From the NCBI RefSeq assembly GCF_902713615.1, contig NC_052146.1, positions 69,460,555 through 69,523,237 on the forward strand: DNA of 62,683 nucleotides, written 5' to 3'. This document shows positions 46,586 through 59,737 of the stretch, one piece after another; the stretch's first letter is position 1, and every line of letters starts with the position of its first letter. The notes beneath the pieces are model-generated. The model had not been told where the DNA came from, did no database searches, and saw nothing but the letters and a program-made list of their open reading frames with translations. The stretch comes from Scyliorhinus canicula (lineage: Eukaryota). The translations under genes and the position numbers were made by a program.

Positions 46586-47374
46586 CTTTGCTTTCTGATA
46601 GCCAACCAATCATCTATTCATGATAACATATGACTGCCTACACATGAGATGTTATGTGTCCATTAATTGCTAATGTGGTGTCTTATGAAATGTCTTTTGG
46701 AATTCTACAGGATCATTTTGATCCATATTATTAATAATAGATTCTAGTATTTCTACTATGACAGGTGGTAAGCTAAATGCCCTCTAGTTGCTTATTGTCT
46801 GTCTCTTTCTGTGTCTGAATAGAGAAGGTACATTTGATATTTCCCAATGCCACAGGGCTTTACAGAATTAAGGGAATTTTGGAAAAATAAAACCAATGCG
46901 TCAATTATGTCATCAGTCACGTCCTTTGTGACACTGGGATGAATTCTATCAGATCCTGGTCACTTGTTAGCCTCTGATTCTAATGAATTACTAAGCAACC
47001 TTTGCCTGGTTCTTTTTTTTTTAAAATAATTTTTATTGAAGAAATTTTTCAAAATACAAACATTTTAACCCCCCCTACATTTAAATTTAAATTATATCAA
47101 AACAAAGTCAAACCCCCCTACTTAACAAAAAGTCCCCCCCACCCCCTACTCGCGCGTCCCCCCCCCCCCCCCCCCCCCCCCGCCGGCGAACCGACAGTCA
47201 GACCAACTTATCATTTCTGGCAGTGTCCTCGGGCAGGCCTTGCCCGTGCCACCACCGCTACCGTACTTCCTTCGTTGTTGTCCCCCCTCCCCCCCCCTCC
47301 CCTCCCCCCCGCCCTCCCCCCCCTCCTCCCGCCCTCCCCTCCCCTCCCGGGTTGCTGCTGTCACGACCTCAGTT

Positions 47375-50300
47375 CTATCTCTGATCTAAGAGGTCCAGGA
47401 AGGGTTGCCATCGCCTGAGAAACCCCTGCACCGACCCTCTCAGGGCGAATTTGATCCTTTCCAATTGGATGAAGTTTGCCATGTCGTTTAACCAGGTGTT
47501 AACACTTGGAGGCCTTTCGTGCCCTCCACTGAATCAAGATCCTCCCTCCGAGCCACCAAGGACGCAAAGGCTAATATTCCAGCCTCCCTCGCCTCCTGTA
47601 CCCCCGGCTCCACCCCAACCCCGAAGATCGCAAGTCCCCATCCTGGCTTGACCCTGGACCCCACCACTCTCGACACCGTCCCTGCCACCCCCTTCCAGAA
47701 CTCCTCCAGTGCCGGACAGGCCCAAAACATATGTGCATGATTCGCAGGGCTTCCCGAACATCTATACACCTGTCTTCACCCCCGAAAAACCGACTCATCC
47801 TTGTCCCCGTCATGTGGGCTCTATGCAGTACCTTAAATTGAATGAGACTTAGTCTCGCACATGACGACGACGAGTTGACCCTCTCCAGGGCGTCTGCCCA
47901 TGTCCCGTCCTCTATCTGTTCCCCCAGCTCTAACTCCCACTTATCTTTCAGCTCCACTACTGGTACCTCATCCACCTCCTGCATAATCTTATAGATGTCC
48001 GAGATCTTCCCCTCCCCGACCCAGACCCCTGATAGCACCCTATCACTCGCCCCCCTGTCGGGAAGCGCGGGGAACCCCTCTACCTGTCGTCTGGCAAATG
48101 CCTTCACTTGGAGGTACCTGAACGTGTTCCCCGGGGGGAGCCCAAATTTCTCCTCCAGCTCTCCCAAGCTCGCAAACCTCCCCTCTATAAACAAGTCCCT
48201 CAGTTGTCTAATACCCACCCTCTGCCAGCTCTGGAATCCCCCTCCTGCATTTCCCGGTGCAAATCTGTGGTTCCCTCTTAATGGTGCCCCTATCAGACCT
48301 CCCACTTCCCCCCTGTGTCGCCTCCACTGCCCCCAGATCTTGAGGGTGGCCGCCACCAACCGGGCTCGTGGTATACCTCGTGGGAGGTAGCGGGCCATGG
48401 TGCCGTTACCAGTGCCCCTAAGCTTATGTTGCCGCAGGACGCCCTCTCCATGCGCTTCCAGGCTGCCCCTCCCTTCCATCATCCACTTTCGTACCATCGA
48501 TGTATTTGCCGCCCAGTAATATCCTGAAAGGTTGGGTAACGCCAGCCCTCCACTATCCCTACTCCGCTCCAAAAAGACCCTCTAACTCTAGGGGTGCCAT
48601 GTGCCCACACATACCCCATGATACTACTCGTTACCTTCTTGAAAAAGGCCCTGGGGAGGAAGATGGGCAGACACTGGAACAAAAACAAGAACCTCGGGGA
48701 GGACCGTCATTTTAACTGACTGCACCCTCCCTGCCAGCGACAGCGGCACCATGTCCCACCTCTTAAACTCCTCCTCCATCTGTTCCACCAGTCCAGAAAA
48801 GTTCAACTTGTGGAGGGTCCCCCAGTTCTTTGCCACCTGCACCCCCAAGTACCTAAAACTTTTAACTGCTCTTTTGAAGGGGAGCCTCCCAATTCCCTCC
48901 CCCTGGTCTCCCGGGTGTATTACAAAGACCTCACTTTTCCCCAGATTTAATTTATACCCCGAAAAGTCCCCGAACTCCGCTAGTATCCCCATTACCTCCG
49001 GCATTCCCCCCTCCGGGTCTGCCACATACAACAACAAATCATCCGCATAGAGCGAGACCCGATGTTCCTCCCCTCCCCTTGTCAGTCCTCTCCACCCCCC
49101 TGAACCCCTCAGTGCCATCGCCAACGGCTCAATCGCTAATGCAAAGAGTAAGGGGGATAGGGGACATCCCTGCCTAGTACCTCGATGGAGCCCAAAATAT
49201 TCTGACCTCCTCCCGTTTGTTACCACACTCGCCATCGGAGCTGAATAGAGCAGTTTTACCCACTTGACAAATCCCTCCCCAAACCCAAACCTTTCCAACG
49301 TCTCCCACAAGTATTCCCACTCCACCCTATCAAATGCCTTCTCCGCGTCCAGCGCTACCACTATCTCCGCCTCCCCCTCCACTGCTGGCATCATGATCAC
49401 GTTTAACAATCTCCGGACATTTGTGTTAAGTTGGCGTCCCTTCACGAACCCCGTCTGGTCTTCATGGATTACCCCTGGCACACAGTCCTCTATCCTGGTT
49501 GCCAGGACCTTTGCTAACAACTTGGCGTCAACATTCAGGAGGGAGATGGGCCTGTAGGACCCGCACTGGACCGGGTCCTTGTCCCGCTTCAAAATCAAGG
49601 AGATCAGGGCCTGCGACATTGTTGGGGGGCAGAACCCCCCCCTCGCGCGCCTCATTAAAGGCTCTCACCAGCACTGGGCCCACCAAGTCCACAAATTTCC
49701 TGTAAAACTCCACCGGGAACCCATCCGGCCCCGGCGCCTTCCCCGCCTGCATCTGGCCTATCCCTTTAATTAGCTCCTGCAGCTCTATCGGCGCCCCCAA
49801 CCCTTCTACCAGCTCCTCCTGTACCTTTGGGAACCTCAATTTCCCCCTCTCCTCTTCGGCGGTTCAGACCTATACAATTCCCTATAGAAGTCCCTAAAGA
49901 CCCTATTCACCTCTTGCCCCTTCTGCACTACGTCCCCACCCCTCTCTCTCACTCCCCCAATCTCTCTGGCTGCATCTCGCTTACGAAGCTGGTGTGCCAG
50001 CATCCTGCTCGCCTTTTCCCCGTACTCATACGCCGCACCCTGCGCCCTTCTCCACTGCGTTTCCGCCTTCCTAGTGGTCAGTAGGTCGAACCTGGCCTGC
50101 AAGCTACGCCGCTCCCTTAATAGCCCCTCCTCTGGTGCCGCCGCATATTTCCTATCCACTTCTAGGAGCTCCCCCACCAGCCTCTCCCTTTCCTGCCTCT
50201 CCTTCCTCTCTCTGTGTGCCCTTATGGAGATCAGCTCTCCTCTAATCACTGCTTTCAAGGCCTCCCAGACCGTCCCCACCTGCACCTCCCCTGTGTCATT

Positions 50301-51151
50301 CGTACCCAGATAGTTCTCAATGCCCGTTCTCACCCTTCTGCACACCTCTTCGTCCGCCAACAGCCCTACATCCAGGCGCCACAACGGGCGTTGATCCCGC
50401 GCCTCCCCCATTTCCACGTCCACCCAATGTGGTGCATGGTCCGATATCGCAATGGCCGAGTACTCCGTGTCCTGCACTCTCGGTATCAGCCCCCTGTTCA
50501 ATACGAAAAAATCTATCCTAGAGTACACTCTGTGGACGTGGGAGAAAAAAGAATACTCCCTCGCCCTAGGCCTACCAAATCTCCATGGGTCTACCCCTCC
50601 CATCTGCTCCATGAACCCCCTTAACACCTCTGCCGCTGCCGGCCTCCTATGCGTCCTGGAACTCGATCTATCCAGCCCAGGGTCTAACACCGTATTAAAG
50701 TCCCCTCCCATGATCAGGCCCCCTGCCTCCAGTCCCGGGATGAGGCCCAGCAGGCGCCTCATAAAACCCGCGTCGTCCCAGTTCGGGGCATACACATTTA
50801 CCAGTACCACATTCTCTCCCTGCAACCTACCCCTCACCATCACATACCTGCCCTCCTTATCTGCCACCACCTCTGCCGCCACAAACGACACCCTCTTTCC
50901 CACCAAATCGCCACCCCCCGGTTCTTGATATCCAAGCCTGAGTGGAACACCTGTCCCACCCACCCCCTTCTCAGGCGGACCTGATCTGCTACCCTCAAAT
51001 GAGTCTCCTGCAGCATTGCTACATCAGCCTTCAGGCCCTTCAGGTGTGAGAAGACCCTTGATCTTTTAACCGGCCCATTCAGCCCCCTTACGTTCCACGT
51101 GATCAATCGGATCGCTGAGCGACCCGTCCCTACTCCCTGTCGATTAGCCAT
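47375..51151 (-). pseudogene. L1 ORF2p (APE-RT-zinc knuckle) with frameshifts
   Basis: RLITWNVRG, QETHL, GGDFN, SDHAPH, DQTGFVKGR, LDAEKAFD, GTRQGCPLSP, YADD, NHAHMFWAC; stop TAG at 47375-47377. Confidence 0.9.
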
Positions 51152-52182
51152 GTCCTTGTCCCTTGCTCGCCCCGGGTCATCCCTCCTTTTCTGACCCGCT
51201 TCCCATAGCGATGCCCCCCCCCCCCCCCCGCTCTCCCCTTCTCGTCCCTGGTCTTTCCAGCAGCAACCCGGTGTCCCCCCCTAAACCCCCCCCCCCTTCC
51301 CCCCCCCCCCCCACCCCCCCCCTGGCTAGGACCCCTCCTAGCCGCGATGTACCCAACATCGTACTCCCGAGAGTCAGCTGGTCTCCTCTGACCCGGCTGC
51401 TCCTGCCACACATTCCGACTCCTCCCGGTTCAAGTGGGGGGGAGGGGCCTCCCCCCCCCCCGCCATTCCACTCTGACCCCGCTCCAGCGCGGGAAGGCCG
51501 CCATTACTGGCCCCGCCCCACTCTTCTCCCCTCCCCTCTCCTCCGTCCCGCGCGCGGGAAAAACAGAGAAAAGCCCGCGCTTTCTCCCGGCCACACCCCG
51601 CCCCGCCATCTTCCACTCCCCCCCATCCCCATCTGCGCCCGTGAAAGATCCCCTTAAAACCCCAGAGAAAGACCCGCATGATCAGCCCACTCCCCCCCGT
51701 CCCGTCTCCCCAACTTAACGATATAAATACCCAATGGCAAATAAATACATAAACACTTAACTACATACTTAAATAACAAAATAATTAACTAGCTGTCAAC
51801 TAACAGTGTGCTCAACCATCACCCTCCATCAAACAGTATAAATAACCACAGATAACCATAACCAGAAAAGAAAGAAAGAACAAAAAACAAGCACCCGAAG
51901 GAAAAGGGTAAAAGGGGTAAATAACTAAGGGAAATTGGAAACGGGAAGAAACACCCCATAAGAAGCCAACGACCCACAATAGAGATTTCAACAGTTCAAA
52001 TATACAGAAACACCCAACAACTCGAAACCTTCAAGATATTCAGAAAAGTCAAACGTTCGAGAAAAAACACCCCAAACAATCCACGAAACTGTTACCCAGT
52101 TCCAACCTGGCCTGAAAAAGAAAAGGGCCACTTGCTCAATCAAGAGTCCCCAGGCGGCTACGACCGCCGGTGCTCCCAGGTT

Positions 52183-53031
52183 TTAGTTCGTGTCCAACTT
52201 TTCCTCTTGTACAAAGGTCCAGGCCTCCTCTGGGGACTCGAAATAATGATGTTGGTCCTTGTAGGTGACCCACAAGCGCGCCGGCTGCAGCATTCCAAAT
52301 TTGATCTTTTTCGCGTTGTAGCACCGCCTTTGTCCGGTTGAACCGGGCCCGCCGCTTTGCCACCTCCGCACTCCAGTCCTGGTACAACCCTTACCGTCGA
52401 GTTCTGCCACTTGCTGCTTTTCTCCCTTTTTGCCCACCTCAGGACTTTCTCTCGATCACTTAGCCGCTGGAACCGCACCAGCACCGCCCTCGGGGGCTCG
52501 TTTGCCCTAGGCCTCCTGGCCATGACCCGGTATGCCTCTTCCAGTTCCAGGGGCGCCGGACCGGCCCCTTCCCCCATCAGGGAGCTCAGCATCTCCGCCA
52601 CATATCTCGGGAGATCCGACCCCTCCAGGCCTTCTTCCAGGCCCAGGATCCTCAAATTTTTCCTCCTCATCCGAGTGTCCAGCTCCTCGAAGCGGCTCTG
52701 CCACTTCATGTGGAGTGCCTCGTGCACCTCCACCTTTGCCCCGATGACTGTGGCCTCCTCCTCCCTCGCGGTCATCTCCTGCTGCAGCTCTCTGATCGAC
52801 GCCTCTTGGGTCGCCTGGGGCTCCCACCAACCTGGTGGTCGTCGCGTTCATGGACTCTAAGAGCTCCACTTTCAGCTCCGTGAAAAAACGGAGGAGAGCG
52901 GCCTGCTGCTCCTCCACCCATTTCCTCCAGTCCTCCGGTGCGCCGCCGGCCGCCATTTTGATTTTCTTCCCCCGCTTTTTTTGGGGAGCTGCTGCCGTTT
53001 TTCTTGCCGCTCCACTCCGGGTACCGACCAT
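52183..53031 (-). pseudogene. L1 ORF1p with three single-base frameshifts
   Basis: ORF pieces 52507-53031, 52158-52775, 52136-52387, 52183-52437 join to a coiled-coil/RRM/CTD protein (RRKNLRILGLEEG, YQDWSAEV, FGMLQPARL). Confidence 0.85.
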
Positions 53032-53354
53032 TAAATCGGTCTAGTTCTCCTCAGGGGACCTTCCCCCACCGGGATTCGTCTTTACTGCACCTTTGGGGCC
53101 CTCCAGCTGGCCCGAAAACACCTTTGTCGCAGGAGCTTCCAAGTGTGCGACTTAGCTGGTCATAGCCGCAACCGGAAGTCTGCCTGGTTCTTTTAATTGT
53201 TTTAGGTTCCTCGTTATTCACCACTATAGTATAGGTATTTCTGGGATGTTGTTTTCAGTTTTTATGTTGAAGACAGACGCTAAATACCTGTTCAGTGCTT
53301 TCACAATTTAGTTGTTTCCTATTTTTAATACCCAGGCACACTCTCTAGATGATT

Positions 53355-53790
53355 TGAGTTGATTTGATTTATCGTCACATGTACCGAAGTACAGTGAAAC
53401 ATATTTTTCTGCGGCCGAGGAATGTACACAGTAGACACAAGAATAACCAACAGAGATCATTGACAAATGGTACATCGACAAAACAGTGATTGGTTACAGT
53501 GCGGAACAAGGGAAACAAAGCAAATACCTGAGAAAGAGCAGTATAGGGCGTCGTGAATAGTGTTCTTACAGGGAAGAGATCAGTCCGAGAGGGAGTCGTT
53601 GAGGAGTATTGTAGCTGTGGGGAAGAAGCTGTCCCTATGTCTGGATGTGCGAGTCTTCAGACTTCTGTACCTTCTATGTGATGGAAGGGTCTGGAAGAGG
53701 GCAATGCCTGGGCGGGAGGGGCTCTGATAATGCTGTCTGCCTTCCTGTGGCTTTGTGAGGTGTATACAGAATCAGTGTGGGGGTGGCAAG
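53355..53790 (-). mobile_element. Rex1/Babar LINE 3' end
   Basis: Similar to 61862-62625; (GATTT)n-type tail at the left. Confidence 0.7.
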
Positions 53791-53799
53791 TTTGTGACA

Positions 53800-54010
53800 T
53801 TGATTAATCTTTTCCTTGTTAAAAGTTTCTAGAAACTCTTAAATCTCTGCTAGTAATAAATCTTATTTTAATGTATCATATCTCTTTCTGTGCATTGAAT
53901 CACTCCTGGAGCGTAGTATCTTTTCCTCACAGTGTTACAAATCAAATAAAATATTGCGGTGTCTGGCGGGTATCCTAGCAACTGGGGGTCTCGTCCAGGA
54001 CCATAATAAC
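53800..54010. mobile_element. Possible LTR 3'-end fragment
   Basis: AATAAA motifs and GGGGTCTCGTCCAGGACCATAA terminus resemble an LTR U5; no TSD found. Confidence 0.3.
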
Positions 54011-54559
54011 TTTTACTGATCTTTTTTTATCTCCATAAGAGTTTCTCAATTATTGTATGAAACAGGGGTTGTTGAGTTGTTGAGGATGGTGTTGTCCATT
54101 TTGACGGAGTGTCTGTGTCCACCTGAAGTCCGTTACAATCTTACTCATTGCTTACTGCGATTTTGAATTCCGTGCCATCTAAAAACTTTGACATCATACC
54201 ATGTATCCACAACTACGTCCTTGATAACGATTAAGAAATGTGCTGGTCACAACGGAATTCTGGAGACACCAGTGCACAATTACCTTCAGTCAGAAAATGC
54301 CATTCACTACGACTCACCAATCCCTACCCGGGGTTGTTTCCAAGCAGCAAATGGCCCTTTAATCCCATGCGGTTTTAATTTCGTTAACAAGTCCATTACC
54401 TCCTAAATTATCAATCATTTTATGAATGTCCGTGTGCACAGCACCAGCTGCACACCCTACAATTTCCCTCCTCATTGAGGATATGCAACACATCTTGTTT
54501 GTAATAAGTTGGCTTTATTCATGCATTATATGTGGGCTCCGCTAATTCGGTCAGTATTT

Positions 54560-54930
54560 TTTGTTTATACCTATCTGCCCTTGACAAAGTGGTGGTGAGC
54601 AGTAGGTACACTCATAATTCTTTTTGGGAGGGCTTTCAAGGATTTTCACGCAGGGGCAATATAGAATAGCGGTAGATTTCCAAGTCTAGATGGTGACTAG
54701 TTCTCAGGAGAGTTTTTGGGTGGTGCAGTTCCCTTCGGCCTGCTGCTCTTGTCCTTGTAGATTTTAGCACTCGTGTATTTGGAAGGCGCTGTCTAAGGAA
54801 TCTGTGTGAGTTCTTACAGAGAATCTTGCAGATGGTACACACTGCTGCAAAGTGCAGAGATGGTGGAGGGAATGAATATTTCTGGATGGGCATCAATCAA
54901 GCGAGCTGTTGAGGCCTGAATGGTCACAAG
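54560..54930 (-). mobile_element. L2/CR1-group LINE C-terminal fragment
   Basis: ORF 54636-54896: SLHFAAVCTICKILCKNSHRFLRQRLPN...RTRAAG. Confidence 0.65.
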
Positions 54931-55099
54931 CTCCCTGAATGTCAGGAAGTGACAGGAAGACTTTGCTTGTGTTAAGAACCCCGCAGATGTTAGACGCGAG
55001 GATATCCCAAAACCCCAAGGACAACTTGGAAGGCCGTTTCTTAACAGCGTACTTTTTCAATTTGATGTAATGTGAGGAAGATCATGCACACCAGTGTAA

Positions 55100-55210
55100 G
55101 CGTGGGTTTCACCCCCTCACCCAAAGATGTGCAGGGTAGGTGGATTGGCTACGCTAAATTGCCCCTTAATTGGAAAAAATGAATTGGGTACTCTAAATTT
55201 TAAAAAAAAC
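55100..55210 (+). mobile_element. 3' half of poly(A)-tailed V-SINE subfamily
   Basis: CCCAAAGATGTGCAGGG...GCCCCTTAATTGG...GGGTACTCTAAATTTTAAAAAAA, same type as 56528-56750. Confidence 0.75.
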
Positions 55211-55899
55211 TAACGTACACTGCACTACAATAATAGCTGTACACACACACACTGAAATTAACCCCGTCCCCATCAATATATGTTCTTGAATTCTGAACGA
55301 TCTCCCTGGTCCCAAACCAGCATGCGACAAAGTATAGGTCTATGAACTAAATTGTGCAACCACTTAGCATGCAGGAGTTATCATTAAATTCAGGGACCCT
55401 TACGTTCAGTGCGTTTCTTCTTTGAGATTTTCAATTAGCAGCATCTAGCATAGAATTCTGTTTTTGGAGAGTTTTTCTTTCCAGCTGGTCTTGCCTATGG
55501 TCGTAATTGTTTAGCAGCTGTTTCTCTCCTCCTTCCCTATCCTCTCATGTGAGCAGAGATACAGGTTACTGATATACCATATTTCCCCTTTGATCTCCTT
55601 CTACCTAAGCCTTAGAAGTTGGGGTTTTAGCATAGAAGTGTGAATTGCATTCTAATACTCCTCTGTAAACACATCTCTTCCGCAATTTTAACACCTGAAA
55701 TTCTACACTCCATTGTTCCCCACTTCACTTAAGTAAATACCTGTTTATCCTGCTGCTAATCTAATTGACAAATCAAATCCAATCCAAATACCTGTGCTCT
55801 TATCAATTCCTCTTTCAACCCATTCGTCAAACTTTATTTTATCCAAGTTTCTTTAATTTTTATTTAATCTAATTCTTAAATATTTACTTTATACAATAT

Positions 55900-56250
55900 T
55901 CTTAACTCCTGACACTTTTGGCGCGAATGTAACTTGCCACTTGTCAGCCCAAGCCTGGGTATTGCCCTGGTCTTGCTGCATTTGCACTCGATTGCTTCAA
56001 TGCCTGAAGAGCCGTAAATGGCGCTGAACATATGCAATCATCAGCAAATTATCCCACTTCTGACCTTATGATGGAAGGAATGTCATTAATGAAGCAGTTG
56101 GAGATTCCTCTGAGGAGCACCTGCAGTGATGTCCCAGACGTCGGATGATTACCACCCCACAACCACAACCATCTTCTCTTGTGCCAGGTATGACTCCAAT
56201 CAGATGAGAGTTCCCGATGTTTCCCGTTGACCTCAATCTTGCTGGAGATG
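55900..56250 (-). mobile_element. L2/CR1-group LINE RT fragment
   Basis: ORF 56049-56318 ends CFINDIPSIIRSEVG. Confidence 0.7.
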
Positions 56251-56527
56251 CTTGATCCCATAAACGTTAAACGCTGCTTTGATGCATATGGCAGTCTTGA
56301 TGGTTCACAGTTGTTCATCTACATTTTACCAGATGTCAAATACTTCAATCTAATTATCTTAAAATTGAGAGGAAAGAATGAGTTAAAGGAACACGTCAAT
56401 ATCTGGGAGAAAGTGAATTAACTAATCACATTCATCATCTTGTGCGAGGAAACTAACAGCGAGAAAGCAGCATTTTGTACATTTCACCCACTACTATTAA
56501 GACATGAAATGCGATGAACACATTGTT

Positions 56528-56750
56528 TTTTAAAAATAATTTAGTGTACCCAATTCATTTTTACAATTAAGGGGCAATTTAGCGTGGCCAATCCACCTAC
56601 CCTGCACATCTTTGTGTTGTGGGGGCGAAACCACGCAAACACAGGGAGAATGTGCAAACTCCACACGGACAGTGACCCAGAGCCGGGATCAAACCTGAGA
56701 CCACAGCGCCGTGAGACAGCAGTGCTAACCACTGTGCCACCGTGCTGCCC
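56528..56750 (-). mobile_element. Poly(A)-tailed V-SINE with long TSD
   Basis: CGATGAACACATTGTT at 56512-56527 and 56751-56766. Confidence 0.9.
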
Positions 56751-56774
56751 CGATGAACACATTGTTGAGAATAG

Positions 56775-59235
56775 CATTGGACAGGAAATCAGAGATGCAT
56801 GTGATAAAGGAACATATGTGATTATGGGGGACTTTAATCTGCATATAGATTGGGTGAGTCAAATTTATCATTGTACAATAGATGAGGAATTTTTGGAGTG
56901 TATACGGGATAGTTTTCTGAACCAGTATGAAAAGTGACCAACAAAGTAACAGGCCATCCTTGACAGGGTGTTGTGTAATGAGAAAAGATTCGTTGGTAAT
57001 CTAGTTGTGAGAGAAGCCTTGGGGATGAGTGACTACAATACAATAGAATTATTTATCAAGGTAGATAGTGACTTAGTTGATTCTGGGACGAGTGACCTGA
57101 AGGCTTAATAAAGGTAACTACGATGGCATGAGGTATGAGTTGGCTATGATGGACCGGGTAACATTACTGAAAGGAAGGACAGTGGCCAGGCAATGGCAGA
57201 CATTGAAGGAACATATAGGTGCTCTCCAAAAGTTATTTGTTCCTATCTGGCACAAGAGTAGAAAGGGAACTGTGGCCAAACCATGGCTTATAAGGTAAAT
57301 TAGATATAGTATTAGATTTAAAGCAGAGACGTACAAATTCACAACAAAAAAACAAGAGACCTGAGGATTGGAAATAGTTTAAAATTCCGCAAAGACAGAC
57401 CAATAAAGATTAAGAAGGGGAAAATACAACATAAAAGTAAATTAGCAGAGAACATAAAAACTGACTGTCAAAGTTTCTATAGCAATGTAAAGATAAAAAG
57501 ATTAATATGAACTAATGTAGGCCCCTTACAGTCAAAAACGGGGATTTCATAACAGGGAACGAAGAAATGGCAGCAGAACTAAATACGTACTTTGCTTCTG
57601 TCTTCACAAAGGAAAACATGAATAATATACCAGAGGTTCTGAGAAATCTTCATCTTCTCAGTGAGGAGATGAAGGAAATTAGTATTAGTAAATAAATGGT
57701 TTTGGGGAAACTAATAGGATTGAAGGCAGACATATCTCCAGGCCTGACAATCTTCTTCCCAGGGTACGTAAGGAAGTGGCCCTAGAAATAGTGGACCCAT
57801 TGGTGGTCATTTTCCAAAATTCTTTGAACACTAGAATGGTTCCAACAGATTGGAGGGTGGATAACATAACCCCACTATTCAAAACGGGAGGTAGAGAGAA
57901 AACAGGGAACTGTAGGCCAGTGAGTATAATGACAATGGTAGGTAAGTTGCTCTGGACCATTATTAAGGATTTCACAGCACAGTATTTGGAAACCAGTGGT
58001 CTAATCAGACAAAGTCAGCATGAATTTACAAAGCCAAAAATCACACTTGACAAATCTAGAAGAATTCTTTGAAGACTAGTAGAGTTGACCAGGGAGAACC
58101 TGTGGATGTGGTTTATTTAGACTTTCAGAAGGATTTCGACAAGGTCTCACAGAGCAGATTACCATGTAACGCTTAAGTGAATGGGATTACGGTAGTGTCT
58201 TGAGATGTATCTAAAGCTGGTTTGCAGACAAGCAGCAAACGGTTTGAATAAATGGGTCTTTTTTCTGATTGACAGGTAGTGACTAGTGTGGTACCACAGG
58301 GATCTGTGCTTGGACTCCGACTGTTCACGTTATACATTGATGATTTGTATGAGGTAACTAAATGTAGTATTTCCAAATTTGCCGATGGTACAAATTTGGG
58401 TGGGAGGATAAACTGTGAGGAGGATGCAGAGATTCTTCGGCGTGATTTGTGCAGGCTGAGTGAGTGGGCAAATGCATGACAGTTGCAGTATAACGTGGAT
58501 AAATGTGAAGTTATCCACTTTGGTAACAAAAATAGGAAGGCAGTTTGTTATTTGAATGGGTGTACATTGAGAGAGATGGATACACAGCGAGCCCTTGATG
58601 TCCTTGTCGCTGAAAGTATGTGCTCAGGTACAGCAGGCAGTAAAGAAGTAAAGACCCTTCAGAGCAAGAGGGTTTGAGTATAGGAATAGAGATGTTTTAC
58701 TGCAATTGTATAGGTCATTGATGAGGTCACACCTGGAGTATCTTGTGCAGTTAAGGTGTCATCATCTGAGGAAGGATGTTCTTGCTGTGGAGGGAGTGCA
58801 GCGAAGGTTTCCCAGGCCGATTCCTGGGGTGGCGGGACTGTCATATGAGGAGAGACTAAGCCGGGAAGGATTATATTCATTGGAGTTTAGAAAGTGAGAG
58901 GGGTCTCATAGAAACGTATTCAATTCTAACAGGATTAGACAGGGTTAATTCAGAAAGAATGTTCCCATTGGTGAGGGAGACCAGAACTAGGGGTCATAGT
59001 TTGAGGATAAGGAGTAAACATTTTAGGAACTTAAGTAAGGTGCTCTTTCCAAGGGCTGATGCAGACACGTTGGGCCGAATGGCCCCCTTTTGCACTCTAA
59101 ATTCTATGATTCTATCATTCTGAGGTGAGGAGAAATTTCTTCTGGTGAACCTCTGGAATTCACTACTACAGAAAGTAGTTGAGGCCAAAACGTTCTGTAA
59201 TTTCAAGAAGGAATTTCCCAAGCTCTTGGGACTAA
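56775..59235 (+). mobile_element. CR1 LINE, about 2.4 kb ORF2 (APE end to 3'), with a SINE tail inserted at about 59030-59120
   Basis: YVIMGDFNLHIDW, VPTDWRVDNITPLFK, VVPQGSVLG, SKFADG, KCEVIHFG, QRRFPRPIPG. Confidence 0.9.
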
Positions 59236-59339
59236 AGTGGTCCCAATTAAATCTTTGCCATACAAGGGTGCTGCTCTAAAACACTTAGTGGCCCAAAGCG
59301 AAGTGGGAAATCCAGAACACACTTCACCCAAAACGCCAT

Positions 59340-59620
59340 TGAAGATAATAATAATGGTTATTGTCACACGTAGGCTTGCGTTAACACTGCAATGAAGTTA
59401 CTGTGAAAATCCCCTTGTCACCACACTCTCAGTGTGTCCAATTCGCCTAACAAGCACGTCTTTTAGGCGGAAACCGGAGCACCCGGGAAACCCACGCAGA
59501 CACAGGGAGAACATACCGACTCCACACAGACAGTGACCCAAGACGGGAATCGAACCTAGAACACTGGCGCTGTGAAGCAACAGTGCTGACCATTGTGCTA
59601 CAGTGCGTAGGTCAATTTCT
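59340..59620 (-). mobile_element. V-SINE-like SINE with alternative tail
   Basis: Reverse complement of the 46275-46585 type. Confidence 0.8.
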
Positions 59621-59737
59621 TTCATTTAAATGAGTGTGCTGGATTTTTGTGAGGCAACGTTAGTAAGGTTAATTGGAGCATCTAACAAAGTTTCAGATCA
59701 GCGATGATCTAATTGACTGGAGGAACAAAGGGCTCAA

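Larger units (their letters stand above)
47017..53180 (-). mobile_element. Young full-length L1 (6.16 kb)
   Basis: 14-bp TSD TGCCTGGTTCTTTT (47003-47016 / 53181-53194), TT/AAAA target, 5' GACTTCCGG start, ORF1, ORF2, A-rich tail. Confidence 0.95.
46600..53350 (-). mobile_element. Decayed CR1 fragment (46600-47002 and 53195-53350) split by the young L1
   Basis: CR1-like sequence is continuous across the L1 TSD. Confidence 0.6.

Noticed and set aside
47451-53044. Many long + strand ORFs (e.g. 47995-48390, 50452-50928, 51163-51657)
   Set aside because: Antisense shadows of the GC-rich L1 ORFs and C-runs; no recognisable domains.
53928-53955. CACAGTG heptamer
   Set aside because: The 12-bp-spaced nonamer position reads TAAAATATT; no V segment precedes it; it lies in LTR-like sequence.
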